Shown piece by piece: positions 55,269 to 64,000 of a stretch of 64,000 nucleotides of DNA. The position numbers and the translations under genes are program-made. The notes under the pieces are model-generated. The model did no database searches. It was not told the origin of the DNA and was given only the letters and a program-made list of their open reading frames with translations. Source of the stretch: Limnochordia bacterium (lineage in GTDB: Bacteria; Bacillota; Limnochordia; DTU080); assembly GCA_050951545.1 (NCBI GenBank), contig JBMNJG010000016.1, positions 94,112-158,111 on the forward strand, written 5' to 3'. Position 1 is the first letter of the stretch; every line of letters begins with the position of its first letter.

Positions 55269-56963
55269 GTGTGTGTAAGATGTTTACGGGTGGAGCCTGA
55301 GGGATCCGAGTAGGGCTAGTCTCTGGCTGCGGCCACGTGAGTCTGGGTTGAAGGATGCTCATGGATCGCGGGCAGTCTGGAATACTTGGTGGAAAATAAA
55401 GGGAACGAGAAGCCCGATCTCCAAAGGAGATTTGAACGGAGGACTTCTCGTTATGGATAAGATTCGTGGCTGCCTTGGTTTCTCCTTTTCGGAGATTGAG
55501 ACGCTGTTATTGGCTAGGTTGCGGGAGTTGCTTGCCGAAGGGCTGGAGACGATGCTGCAGCGTCTAGATGACTCTCTGTTCACGATGCGGGACTCGGAGC
55601 GCTTCAAGGTCAAGAAGCACGAGGAGCGCACGGTAGAAACGGCGATAGGCCAGAGTGTGCGCTTTCGCCGGCGGCAGTACTTTGACTGCAAGGAAAATAA
55701 GTACGTGTTCCTGCTGGATGAGGCGCTCAGCCTAGAGCCCTACAAGCAGATCAGCCCGCTGTTGGCAGAAACGCTCCTGGAGATGGCCGTTAACACCTCG
55801 GCCTACCGGAAGGCGGCTGATAGCCTGGAGGCGATTCAGGGGCATCGGGTCGTCAGCCACGAGACGGTGCGTCAGAGGGTCCTAGAGGCTGGTGAGCGTC
55901 TACAGGATGCCCAGGATGCAGAACTGGCCGATCCATGCGGAAAGCGTCGTGTGCCCGTCCTGTTCCTTGAGGTAGACGGGTTGTGGGTTCACCTTCAGCA
56001 GCAGCAGCGGAAGTCAACTGAAGAGAAGATGCTGACGGTGCATGAGGGTTGGCAGCCACGTTACTCGGAGGGAAAGTCTGGTGGCTACGAACTGCTAGAG
56101 AAACGGCAGTACAGAAGCCAAAGTGGGCAGTCAGAAGGCTTCTGGGAAAAGGCCAGCCGGTTTGTCTATAGCCACTATGACATTGACGATGACACGGTTG
56201 TGGTGATCAACGGTGACCGTGCGAACTGGATCCGTAAAGGGACGGAGTACTTCCCGAAGGCTTTGTACCAGATCGATCGATTCCACTTGAAGCGAGATAT
56301 ACTTAGGCTGTTCCGAGCGCACTCACAAGAGCTTTCTGAGATCATGGGAGCGCTCGAAGACGAAGAGGATCTCACTGGTGGTGCGTTCTTGGCCCGCCTG
56401 GAGCAGGGGTTGAAGAAGCTTGGCGGAAAAGGTCGTCGGGAATGTGAAGCGTTACTCAAGGACCTGACGAGCATGCCCGAGGCGACCGTAGACTACCGGC
56501 ATCGCTTGGCGGCTCAAGGAGTAGACACGACGAACATGCGCGGTCTTGGAGCAGCGGAGAGCCAGGCAGATGGCTTTGCCGACCGTGTGAAGGGACGTGG
56601 ACGCAGCTGGAGCCCTACAGGCCTGTCGGCGATGATGGAGCTGCTATGTTGGTGGAAAACAGATCGTCTGCACGAGGTAACCGCCCGCCTTCGGGATTGG
56701 CTACGCAGCGTTGACGAAAAGCTGGATCTGGGTTCAAGCCTAGCACTGGAGGCAGTGAATGACGTTCTAGCAGCCGTGGCAGGAGGCACTTCCACGCTTG
56801 CGGCCAGCGTGCCGATCGCCGGGTACGGCAAGACGGGCTCAGGCGGCATGTCCTGTCTCATGAATCGTATCGTTGGGGGTGGCTTAGCTTCGGTGGCAAG
56901 CTAGGCAACGCAAAAACTGCATACGGGGATCGGGTGCGTCGCCCGTAACCTCTTGACACAGAC
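55269..56963 (+). mobile_element. Complete ISLre2-family insertion sequence (1695 bp)
   Basis: Imperfect terminal inverted repeats GTGTGTGTAAGATGTTTACGGGTG and CGCCCGTAACCTCTTGACACAGAC. 9-bp target duplication CGCACCGCA at 55260-55268 and 56964-56972. Confidence 0.9.
55453..56904 (+). CDS. ISLre2-family (UPF0236) transposase
   Basis: FRRRQY..YVFLLDEAL, SHETVRQ, EVDG, NGDRANWI, IDRFHL, LGAAES and RVKGRGRSWS..G. Confidence 0.92.
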   Translation: MDKIRGCLGFSFSEIETLLLARLRELLAEGLETMLQRLDDSLFTMRDSERFKVKKHEERTVETAIGQSVRFRRRQYFDCKENKYVFLLDEALSLEPYKQISPLLAETLLEMAVNTSAYRKAADSLEAIQGHRVVSHETVRQRVLEAGERLQDAQDAELADPCGKRRVPVLFLEVDGLWVHLQQQQRKSTEEKMLTVHEGWQPRYSEGKSGGYELLEKRQYRSQSGQSEGFWEKASRFVYSHYDIDDDTVVVINGDRANWIRKGTEYFPKALYQIDRFHLKRDILRLFRAHSQELSEIMGALEDEEDLTGGAFLARLEQGLKKLGGKGRRECEALLKDLTSMPEATVDYRHRLAAQGVDTTNMRGLGAAESQADGFADRVKGRGRSWSPTGLSAMMELLCWWKTDRLHEVTARLRDWLRSVDEKLDLGSSLALEAVNDVLAAVAGGTSTLAASVPIAGYGKTGSGGMSCLMNRIVGGGLASVAS

Positions 56964-56979
56964 CGCACCGCATAGGCGA

Positions 56980-57008
56980 TTGAACCCGTCCACCACCTAT
57001 GCTATACT
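56980..57008 (+). promoter_or_regulatory. Sigma-A promoter of tRNA-Arg
   Basis: TTGAAC-N17-TATACT with a TGn extension. Confidence 0.7.
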
Positions 57009-57031
57009 AGGACCTGCAGAAAAGACATCAT

Positions 57032-57107
57032 GGCCCCGTAGCTCAGTGGATAGAGCAGCGGTTTCCTAAACCGCGTGTCGGACGTTCGATTCGTCTCGGG
57101 GCTGCCA
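57032..57107 (+). tRNA. tRNA-Arg (CCT)
   Basis: GGCCCCG/CGGGGCT acceptor stem, anticodon loop TT-CCT-AA, GTTCGATTC and CCA. Confidence 0.95.
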
Positions 57108-57194
57108 GTGTTGATGCGGGTTCGGGCTACAGTCGGGTGTATGACTCCAGGAGTTCGCCCGGCGAAATGTCCGAACCAACGGAAACCAGTGTAA

Positions 57195-57221
57195 GAGCTG
57201 TCCCAAGAGGGGGCAGCTCCT
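57195..57221. terminator. Hairpin between tRNA-Arg and the convergent TipAS remnant
   Basis: GAGCTGTCCC-AAGA-GGGGGCAGCTC. Confidence 0.5.
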
Positions 57222-57239
57222 CTGCTTCAAGGGGATCGT

Positions 57240-57880
57240 TCACGGGGTTGGAGCAATCACAGCCCGGCTGGCGTTAGCCTTGATGGCATCACGCATGTAC
57301 TGCGCCATCTTAGGGCGAATCCTCTCTAAGGTGGCGGCGAAGCGTGGGTCCGCCACATACATGCCACCCAAGCACATATGCATCTCGTGCGAACACGGGT
57401 AGAACCAGTGATCAATCTGCAATCGGGCCTGTTCCACCACATCCATGGCCCGCGGATCATCAGCGGCCACCCCAGCATCAAGTAGTGAGGCCATCGCAGC
57501 GCCAATCTCCTCTGCCTCACGCTGGTACCGCTGCCAATCCTCCTTCGTGTACCGCCCAGTGCGACGTGCAGATTCCCTGTACGCTTCGCTGTGCCCCCAG
57601 CACTCCCTGACCTCCTCCTCGTACTGCGATGGATCAGAGTCCCCGAAGACCGCAAGCATTTCCTCTTTCGGCATGTCTTGTCCCCTTTCCAAGGCTACCT
57701 GCGTCTTGTCTACCAGGCCCTGCATGGCCTAGAGTCGCAGCACCTGTTTGGCCACCAGGTCACGCTGACCGGCACTTGGCGACGATCGAATGTGGCATCA
57801 TCCATCAGGCTACGGATCTCCTCAAGCCCGAATCCGACTCCTCATAGAAGAGAACCGCCTGAAGTCGCTCGAGGTCCCTT
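57240..57880 (-). pseudogene. Degraded MerR-family regulator (TipA/Mta) with an intact TipAS domain at 57240-57725
   Basis: TipAS motifs YEEEVRECWG and MYVADPRF. Upstream broken frames encode DLERLQAVLFY, GLEEIRSLMDD..FDRR and QRDL.., with frameshifts and a TAG stop. The N-terminal HTH is missing. Confidence 0.8.
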
Positions 57881-58094
57881 CAACCCAAGCAGAGCACTTG
57901 TCGCCCGGTACCGAGAGATCAATGCTGACACGCAACAGGGGGAAACCGCAAACGCGCCAAGCAGGCGCTTCTACATACCGAGTATGTTATCACCCACTTC
58001 ATCTGTCGTAGATAACTGGGCGTTCCCGGGGGTTCCTGACTCCGTACAAACCGGTCGCTGCGCCCACCGCTATGGGGGTTCAAGCGCAAGGACG

Positions 58095-58730
58095 TCAGGC
58101 AGGCACAATAGGCATCCCCACTGCAGGATTCGCCAGGCTCTGCAGAAGCTCGTCAAAGTAGGTGAGACCCCGGGGGCTGGCATGGTTCAGTAGGTGCAGC
58201 GCGCCACGACAGTCATCGGCCGCACGGTGCGCTACGTCAACTGGAATAGCATGGGCCGCAAGAAGGCTCTGCAGCCCCCTTGAGCGGTAGCCGTATGCTC
58301 TCCAGTTGACCTGGCGCATTGAGCATAGCCAGGGTTTCGCAGCCGCCTCCGGGAAGAGACGTATAACAAAGCCGTAGTCAAAGGGAGCATTGTGGGCCAC
58401 CACAAATTCAGCCCGGTCCAGTACGGCTCGAATTCGACTCTCACTTAGCCTGCGACCCTTCACCATCGCCTCAGTGATTCCATGGACGGCGATGGCATCT
58501 TGAGAAATCTCACACTCTGGTTCGCGTAGTCCGACGTACTCGTCCAATGTGCCTGTGATACGCCCGGTAAGCTCATCAAAGGCGAACAGGATGATGGCCA
58601 ACTCGACGATCTCGTTTCGGGTCGGCGACAGGCCTGTAGTTTCCACATCTAGGAACGCCCCGCACCCGATCCGCCCCGCCGCTCCTTCACGCTGCACCAA
58701 GTGAGCCTGTACCTCACCGCGCGCACCCAT
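58095..58730 (-). CDS. Stand-alone DEDDh 3'-5' exonuclease (DnaQ/epsilon-like)
   Basis: ExoI FLDVETTG, VHGIT, ExoII AHNAPFD and ExoIII HRAADD. Confidence 0.93.
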   Translation of the reverse strand: MGARGEVQAHLVQREGAAGRIGCGAFLDVETTGLSPTRNEIVELAIILFAFDELTGRITGTLDEYVGLREPECEISQDAIAVHGITEAMVKGRRLSESRIRAVLDRAEFVVAHNAPFDYGFVIRLFPEAAAKPWLCSMRQVNWRAYGYRSRGLQSLLAAHAIPVDVAHRAADDCRGALHLLNHASPRGLTYFDELLQSLANPAVGMPIVPA

Positions 58731-58842
58731 TCTGGACCCCCTCTGACAACTTTACTTGCCAGAAACTTCGCCATCAGATGGGCGTCTCCTCTCACTGTCC
58801 ACGGAACCACGACAGAGCCGATGCGCCGGAATCGGAAAATGA

Positions 58843-61800
58843 GACTAATCCCCGCGTGTGCGGGGGAGCCTTTGGCGCCACCATGATCTGCGGGTTAGCC
58901 GGGGGTCAATCCCCGCGTGTGCGGGGGAGCCGAGCTTGCCTGCCTGTGTCGCCCGTATCGCGGCGGTCAATCCCCGCGTGTGCGGGGGAGCCGTACCCTA
59001 GGATTCGGGTGATGCATGCCTGATAGGTCAATCCCCGCGTGTGCGGGGGAGCCGCGGTTCCCCGGTGGATAGGGCAGATGCCTCGCGGTCAATCCCCGCG
59101 TGTGCGGGGGAGCCGGCGGTTGCCGCGGTGCGCCTTGCCTGCTCGCAGGTCAATCCCCGCGTGTGCGGGGGAGCCGCTAACAGGTACAGTGCTGCTTTCC
59201 ATTCAGGGGGTCAATCCCCGCGTGTGCGGGGGAGCCCCGCTTTATCAGGCACAGGCGGTATCGTAACCAGGTCAATCCCCGCGTGTGCGGGGGAGCCGAC
59301 TTCTTTAGTCAAGAGTATCTCAACATGTGGGGTCAATCCCCGCGTGTGCGGGGGAGCCCGTTGCCAGACGGGGGCGGTGCCGAATGCGACGGGTCAATCC
59401 CCGCGTGTGCGGGGGAGCCCTTTCTGTGATCTTGCACACGCCAGTGGAGCAGGGTCAATCCCCGCGTGTGCGGGGGAGCCTTTTTGTTGACATCTTGAGG
59501 TATCGATCTCGTGGGTCAATCCCCGCGTGTGCGGGGGATCCGCCTTAAGGGCGTGATTGCAGAATTCCTGCGGAGGTCAATCCCCGCGTGTGCGGGGGAG
59601 CCTCTTCGATTGTGAAGTCAAGCCATTCCCACACGGGTCAATCCCCGCGTGTGCGGGGGAGCCACCAGTACAATATCTGCTTCGTAGACTGGATCGGGTC
59701 AATCCCCGCGTGTGCGGGGGAGCCTCTTCGGTTGTGAAGTCAAGCCATTCCCACACGGGTCAATCCCCGCGTGTGCGGGGGAGCCGATCCACAAAGACGC
59801 CATGGAGATCAGGAACAGGGTCAATCCCCGCGTGTGCGGGGGAGCCCCAAACGGAGTAGCGCATCGTAGAACAACTCCCGGTCAATCCCCGCGTGTGCGG
59901 GGGAGCCCTGAGCGAGACGCGGCCGCGGTGATCTCATACTGGTCAATCCCCGCGTGTGCGGGGGAGCCATCTTGCGCCGGAACATAGCCGTTCAGGGTGC
60001 GCGGGTCAATCCCCGCGTGTGCGGGGGAGCCTCGTTTTTGACCCATTCCCCGCTCAGGCCTACAGGTCAATCCCCGCGTGTGCGGGGGAGCCGTCTCACC
60101 GGCTACGTCCATGGCTGGCGTCCCGGGTCAATCCCCGCGTGTGCGGGGGAGCCGCAAGATCAAAGACCCCGACGCCCTTTGGCTCAGGTCAATCCCCGCG
60201 TGTGCGGGGGAGCCCTAGCTGTTGGTAGCCCTTCAAACCGTCCGTGGGTCAATCCCCGCGTGTGCGGGGGAGCCACCGCCCGCCTCGATGAGCGCCCACT
60301 GCAAGCGGGTCAATCCCCGCGTGTGCGGGGGAGCCTTTGGCGCCACCATGATCTGCGGGTTAGCCGGGGGTCAATCCCCGCGTGTGCGGGGGAGCCTTTG
60401 GCGCCACCATGATCTGCGGGTTAGCCGGGGGTCAATCCCCGCGTGTGCGGGGGAGCCGCTCCACTGCCTCGCACAAGTTCCCAGTAGCAGGGTCAATCCC
60501 CGCGTGTGCGGGGGAGCCGGACAGACCTGGCAGTTGAATGGATAGACTGATACGGGTCAATCCCCGCGTGTGCGGGGGAGCCCCTTAACCGAGCTAATGC
60601 TGGGTGGCGGTTCAAGGTCAATCCCCGCGTGTGCGGGGGAGCCAAGCTAACAAGACCTGGTGGCGTAACAACATAGGGTCAATCCCCGCGTGTGCGGGGG
60701 AGCCCCTCCCCGACGGGTTCACCGTCGATTCCCCGACGGTCAATCCCCGCGTGTGCGGGGGAGCCCCTTAACCGAGCGTAATGCTGGGTGGCGGTTCGAG
60801 GTCAATCCCCGCGTGTGCGGGGGAGCCAGGGCTAACACGACTGGTCGCGCTAGCAAGCATAGGGGTCAATCCCCGCGTGTGCGGGGGAGCCTTCCAGAGG
60901 TTCGCTTATACGCTCGGGTACGAGATCTGGAAGGTCAATCCCCGCGTGTGCGGGGGAGCCCCTATATCACCGAGCCTAATGCTGGGTCGAGCGGTTCAGG
61001 CGGTCAATCCCCGCGTGTGCGGGGGAGCCGGTGCCCGTTCGTAAAGGAGGAGTACGAAAATGGGTCAATCCCCGCGTGTGCGGGGGAGCCGAGCTGTACG
61101 AGACATGGATCAACGCTCACCAGGGTCAATCCCCGCGTGTGCGGGGGAGCCCCGGGATGTTGGATGTCAATCTTGATCACGCCGGGTCAATCCCCGCGTG
61201 TGCGGGGGAGCCTGCCGAACTCCTTGGCTGCCAGGTATTCGGCAAGGTCAATCCCCGCGTGTGCGGGGGAGCCCACATCCCGCGCTTCAACTCGGTGAAT
61301 CGCGAAGGTCAATCCCCGCGTGTGCGGGGGAGCCCACATCCCCGCGCTTTCAACTCGGTGAATCGCGAAGGTCAATCCCCGCGTGTGCGGGGGAGCCCGC
61401 CCCAGTCCATCAGCCCCTCCTCGAACAGGGGGTCAATCCCCGCGTGTGCGGGGGAGCCACGGGATCGTCGATGCCGCGACACTCCCAGCTGGGTCAATCC
61501 CCGCGTGTGCGGGGGAGCCAGGCTCGGGTCATCTGACAGCTCGGCAGTCAGCGGTCAATCCCCGCGTGTGCGGGGGAGCCACCGCAGCCACGTAGCCCCA
61601 CGATCGGCGTAGTGGGTCAATCCCCGCGTGTGCGGGGGAGCCGCCCGCGTCACAGACCGGGCATCCGGTCCAGCATACCAGGTCAATCCCCGCGTGTGCG
61701 GGGGAGCCGCCTACCGGACTGCCCGACGGCAGCCGCGGAGGGTCAATCCCCGCGTGTGCGGGGGAGCCGCGGAAAATTCTGCCGGTATGCGTGTACACAG

Positions 61801-64000
61801 CCAGGCGCAGCGGTCAATCCCCGCGTGTGCGGGGGAGCCGGTGCGGCTACCCGCGTGCTGTCTAGAGGGGTCAATCCCCGCGTGTGCGGGGGAGCCCGAT
61901 AACGCGTCGGCTCAGCCGCTGGCGAGGTAGGTCAATCCCCGCGTGTGCGGGGGAGCCCGTCCCGGCGACGATGCGTACAAGAACAGCTATGGTCAATCCC
62001 CGCGTGTGCGGGGGAGCCTCACAACCGAGACGCTGACGCGCGGCGAGCTGAGGTCAATCCCCGCGTGTGCGGGGGAGCCCCGCAAGAAGGCTCTCGGGTA
62101 CAGCCCGATGGGGGTCAATCCCCGCGTGTGCGGGGGAGCCGGCGACGGCGCTTCGCTCGGGCGCACAGGCCTCGGGGGTCAATCCCCGCGTGTGCGGGGG
62201 AGCCAGCACCACTACTGCGGGATCATGACAATGACCATCGTAAGCCGGTCAATCCCCGCGTGTGCGGGGGAGCCCGCAGGGCAGGAGGCTGAGTGGCCAG
62301 CTCCAGCGGTCGGTCAATCCCCGCGTGTGCGGGGGAGCCGCCTCTCAGCATGGTTGCATATCGCTGCCTCTCAGCATGGGGTCAATCCCCGCGTGTGCGG
62401 GGGAGCCACAACCGGTGCGAGAGCAGCTCCCGCAGACCATCTGTCAGGTCAATCCCCGCGTGTGCGGGGGAGCCGCCTCCAGGATCGCCGTCTGCCTCCG
62501 GTTCGAGCGTAGGCGGTCAAATCCCCGCGTGTGCGGGGGAGCCGAGCTGTGCGAGTCCCTCCATCAGCGGCTACACCGAGGGTCAATCCCCCGCGTGTGC
62601 GGGGGAGCCCCGGCATGCAGGATCGCCGGGACCTTGATCACGCTACGGGTCAATCCCCGCGTGTGCGGGGGAGCCGGTTTGATCCGGAGTCTCGTGGCTA
62701 GACTGGTAGGGTCCGGGGTCAATCCCCCGCGTGTGCGGGGGAGCCGGGCCTTTGGCCGCCGATGCTCCGCGGTCCGCGCTTAGCGGTCAATCCCCGCGTG
62801 TGCGGGGGAGCCTGCCGTGAAAAGGCTCCTCGGCTACAGCCCGGTATGCGGCAAGGTCAATCCCCGCGTGTGCGGGGGAGCCCCCATCCCGCTTGGCTGC
62901 CGCGCGGGGCATCGCGGAGGTCAATCCCCGCGTGTGCGGGGGAGCCAGCGACAGTCGATGGCAGCCTGCGCCTGCGCCATGGCAGGTCAATCCCCGCGTG
63001 TGCGGGGGAGCCCTGCGTGGAGCGCGGCAAGCTGCCCAGAGGAGCCGCGCGGGTCAATCCCCGCGTGTGCGGGGGAGCCGTAAAAGAGACAATCGCAGCG
63101 ATGCCTGGTATCGGTCAATCCCCGCGTGTGCGGGGGAGCCTGGTCGTGGCGCAGCTTCTTTGGCACCTTCTCAGGTCAATCCCCGCGTGTGCGGGGGAGC
63201 CTGCACACGAGGAGCAAACACAAGCTGGTACCAAGGTCAATCCCCGCGTGTGCGGGGGAGCCAAACCAAGGGGCCGAACCACCGCACGTGGGAAGGGTCA
63301 ATCCCCGCGTGTGCGGGGGAGCCAACCCCGAGAGGTGCGAATGGTGCGGCGGTTGGGGTCAATCCCCGCGTGTGCGGGGGAGCCACCACACGATCCAGGC
63401 CACGAAGAACCAGACGGGGTCAATCCCCGCGTGTGCGGGGGAGCCCACAGGAACCCGCATGGCTACAGGCTGTGCGGGGGTCAATCCCCGCGTGTGCGGG
63501 GGAGCCGAGCATGCTAACCTACAGCCCGCAGCAGAAGGAGGTCAATCCCCGCGTGTGCGGGGGAGCCGCGCCCAGCGCAGGCCCTGCGTGCAGCCGGTCA
63601 GGTCAATCCCCGCGTGTGCGGGGGAGCCACCAGCCGCGGCGGCGAGATGTCCTGCAAGAACGGTCAATCCCCGCGTGTGCGGGGGAGCCCCTTTGGTCCG
63701 GGTAGTATTTCGGCTTGAAAATGGTCAATCCCCGCGTGTGCGGGGGAGCCCGCAATAAGCTCAACAGCGGACTCACGGGCCGCGGTCAATCCCCGCGTGT
63801 GCGGGGGAGCCCCTTAGCGGAGGACATAGCGACATTCCTACTAGGGTCAATCCCCGCGTGTGCGGGGGAGCCACCGCCGGGGGATCGCAGACGTGATGGA
63901 ACTTGGGTCAATCCCCGCGTGTGCGGGGGAGCCAGGACTGGAAGGCAATTCGGGATTTTGTCGAGTGGTCAATCCCCGCGTGTGCGGGGGAGCCTAATGT
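58843..64000 (-). CRISPR. Type I-E CRISPR array, trailer portion (about 83 repeats and 82 complete spacers by hand count; continues past the window end)
   Basis: 28-bp repeat GGCTCCCCCGCACACGCGGGGATTGACC (minus strand) with a CCCCGC/GCGGGG hairpin and a modal 61-bp period. The degenerate terminal repeat (..GATTAGTC) at 58843 marks the trailer end. Confidence 0.98.

Noticed and set aside
61274-61369. Tandem spacer pair as two distinct acquisitions
   Set aside because: The second copy differs only by +1 C and +1 T in homopolymers, typical of long-read error.
60519-63051. Diversity-generating retroelement acting on spacers
   Set aside because: There is no reverse transcriptase in the window, and the changes include many insertions and non-A substitutions, unlike DGR adenine-specific mutagenesis.
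58778-63758. Many long ORFs with recurring VNPRVCGGA / GQSPRVRGS / SIPACAGEP peptides
   Set aside because: These are translations of the CRISPR repeat in three frames, not proteins.
58843-64000. Self-targeting spacers
   Set aside because: No match to this window was noticed by eye, but an exhaustive search was not possible, so no claim is made.

Overview
This is a GC-rich chromosomal segment from a Bacillota bacterium, probably spore-forming and possibly diderm. It keeps the Bacillus-like backbone found near the origin (tadA, SRP RNA, dnaX-ybaB-recR-yaaL-bofA, an rRNA operon with no spacer tRNA, then yaaO-tmk-holB-yaaT). About 21 kb of extra genes sit between the rRNA operon and yaaO: htrA with a two-component system, a peptide ABC transporter, a membrane pyrophosphatase with the Na+,H+ dual-pump signature, a SulP under a c-di-AMP riboswitch, and dppA. 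The right half holds two tRNA-Ser genes, T-box-controlled leuS (with a 1-nt frameshift, probably an error), coaX/coaBC, a DnaA-box cluster before a small HTH gene, an ATT-start infC and a complete ISLre2-family element. It ends with tRNA-Arg, a decayed MerR/TipAS gene, a stand-alone DEDDh exonuclease and the trailer part of a long type I-E CRISPR array (about 83 repeats by hand count; leader and cas genes are outside the window). The oddest signal is a central array block where many spacers are over-long, drifted or chimeric copies of other spacers while repeats stay near perfect. A consensus artefact is the most likely cause, but it would be new biology if raw reads confirm it. All calls are by eye; no searches were run.
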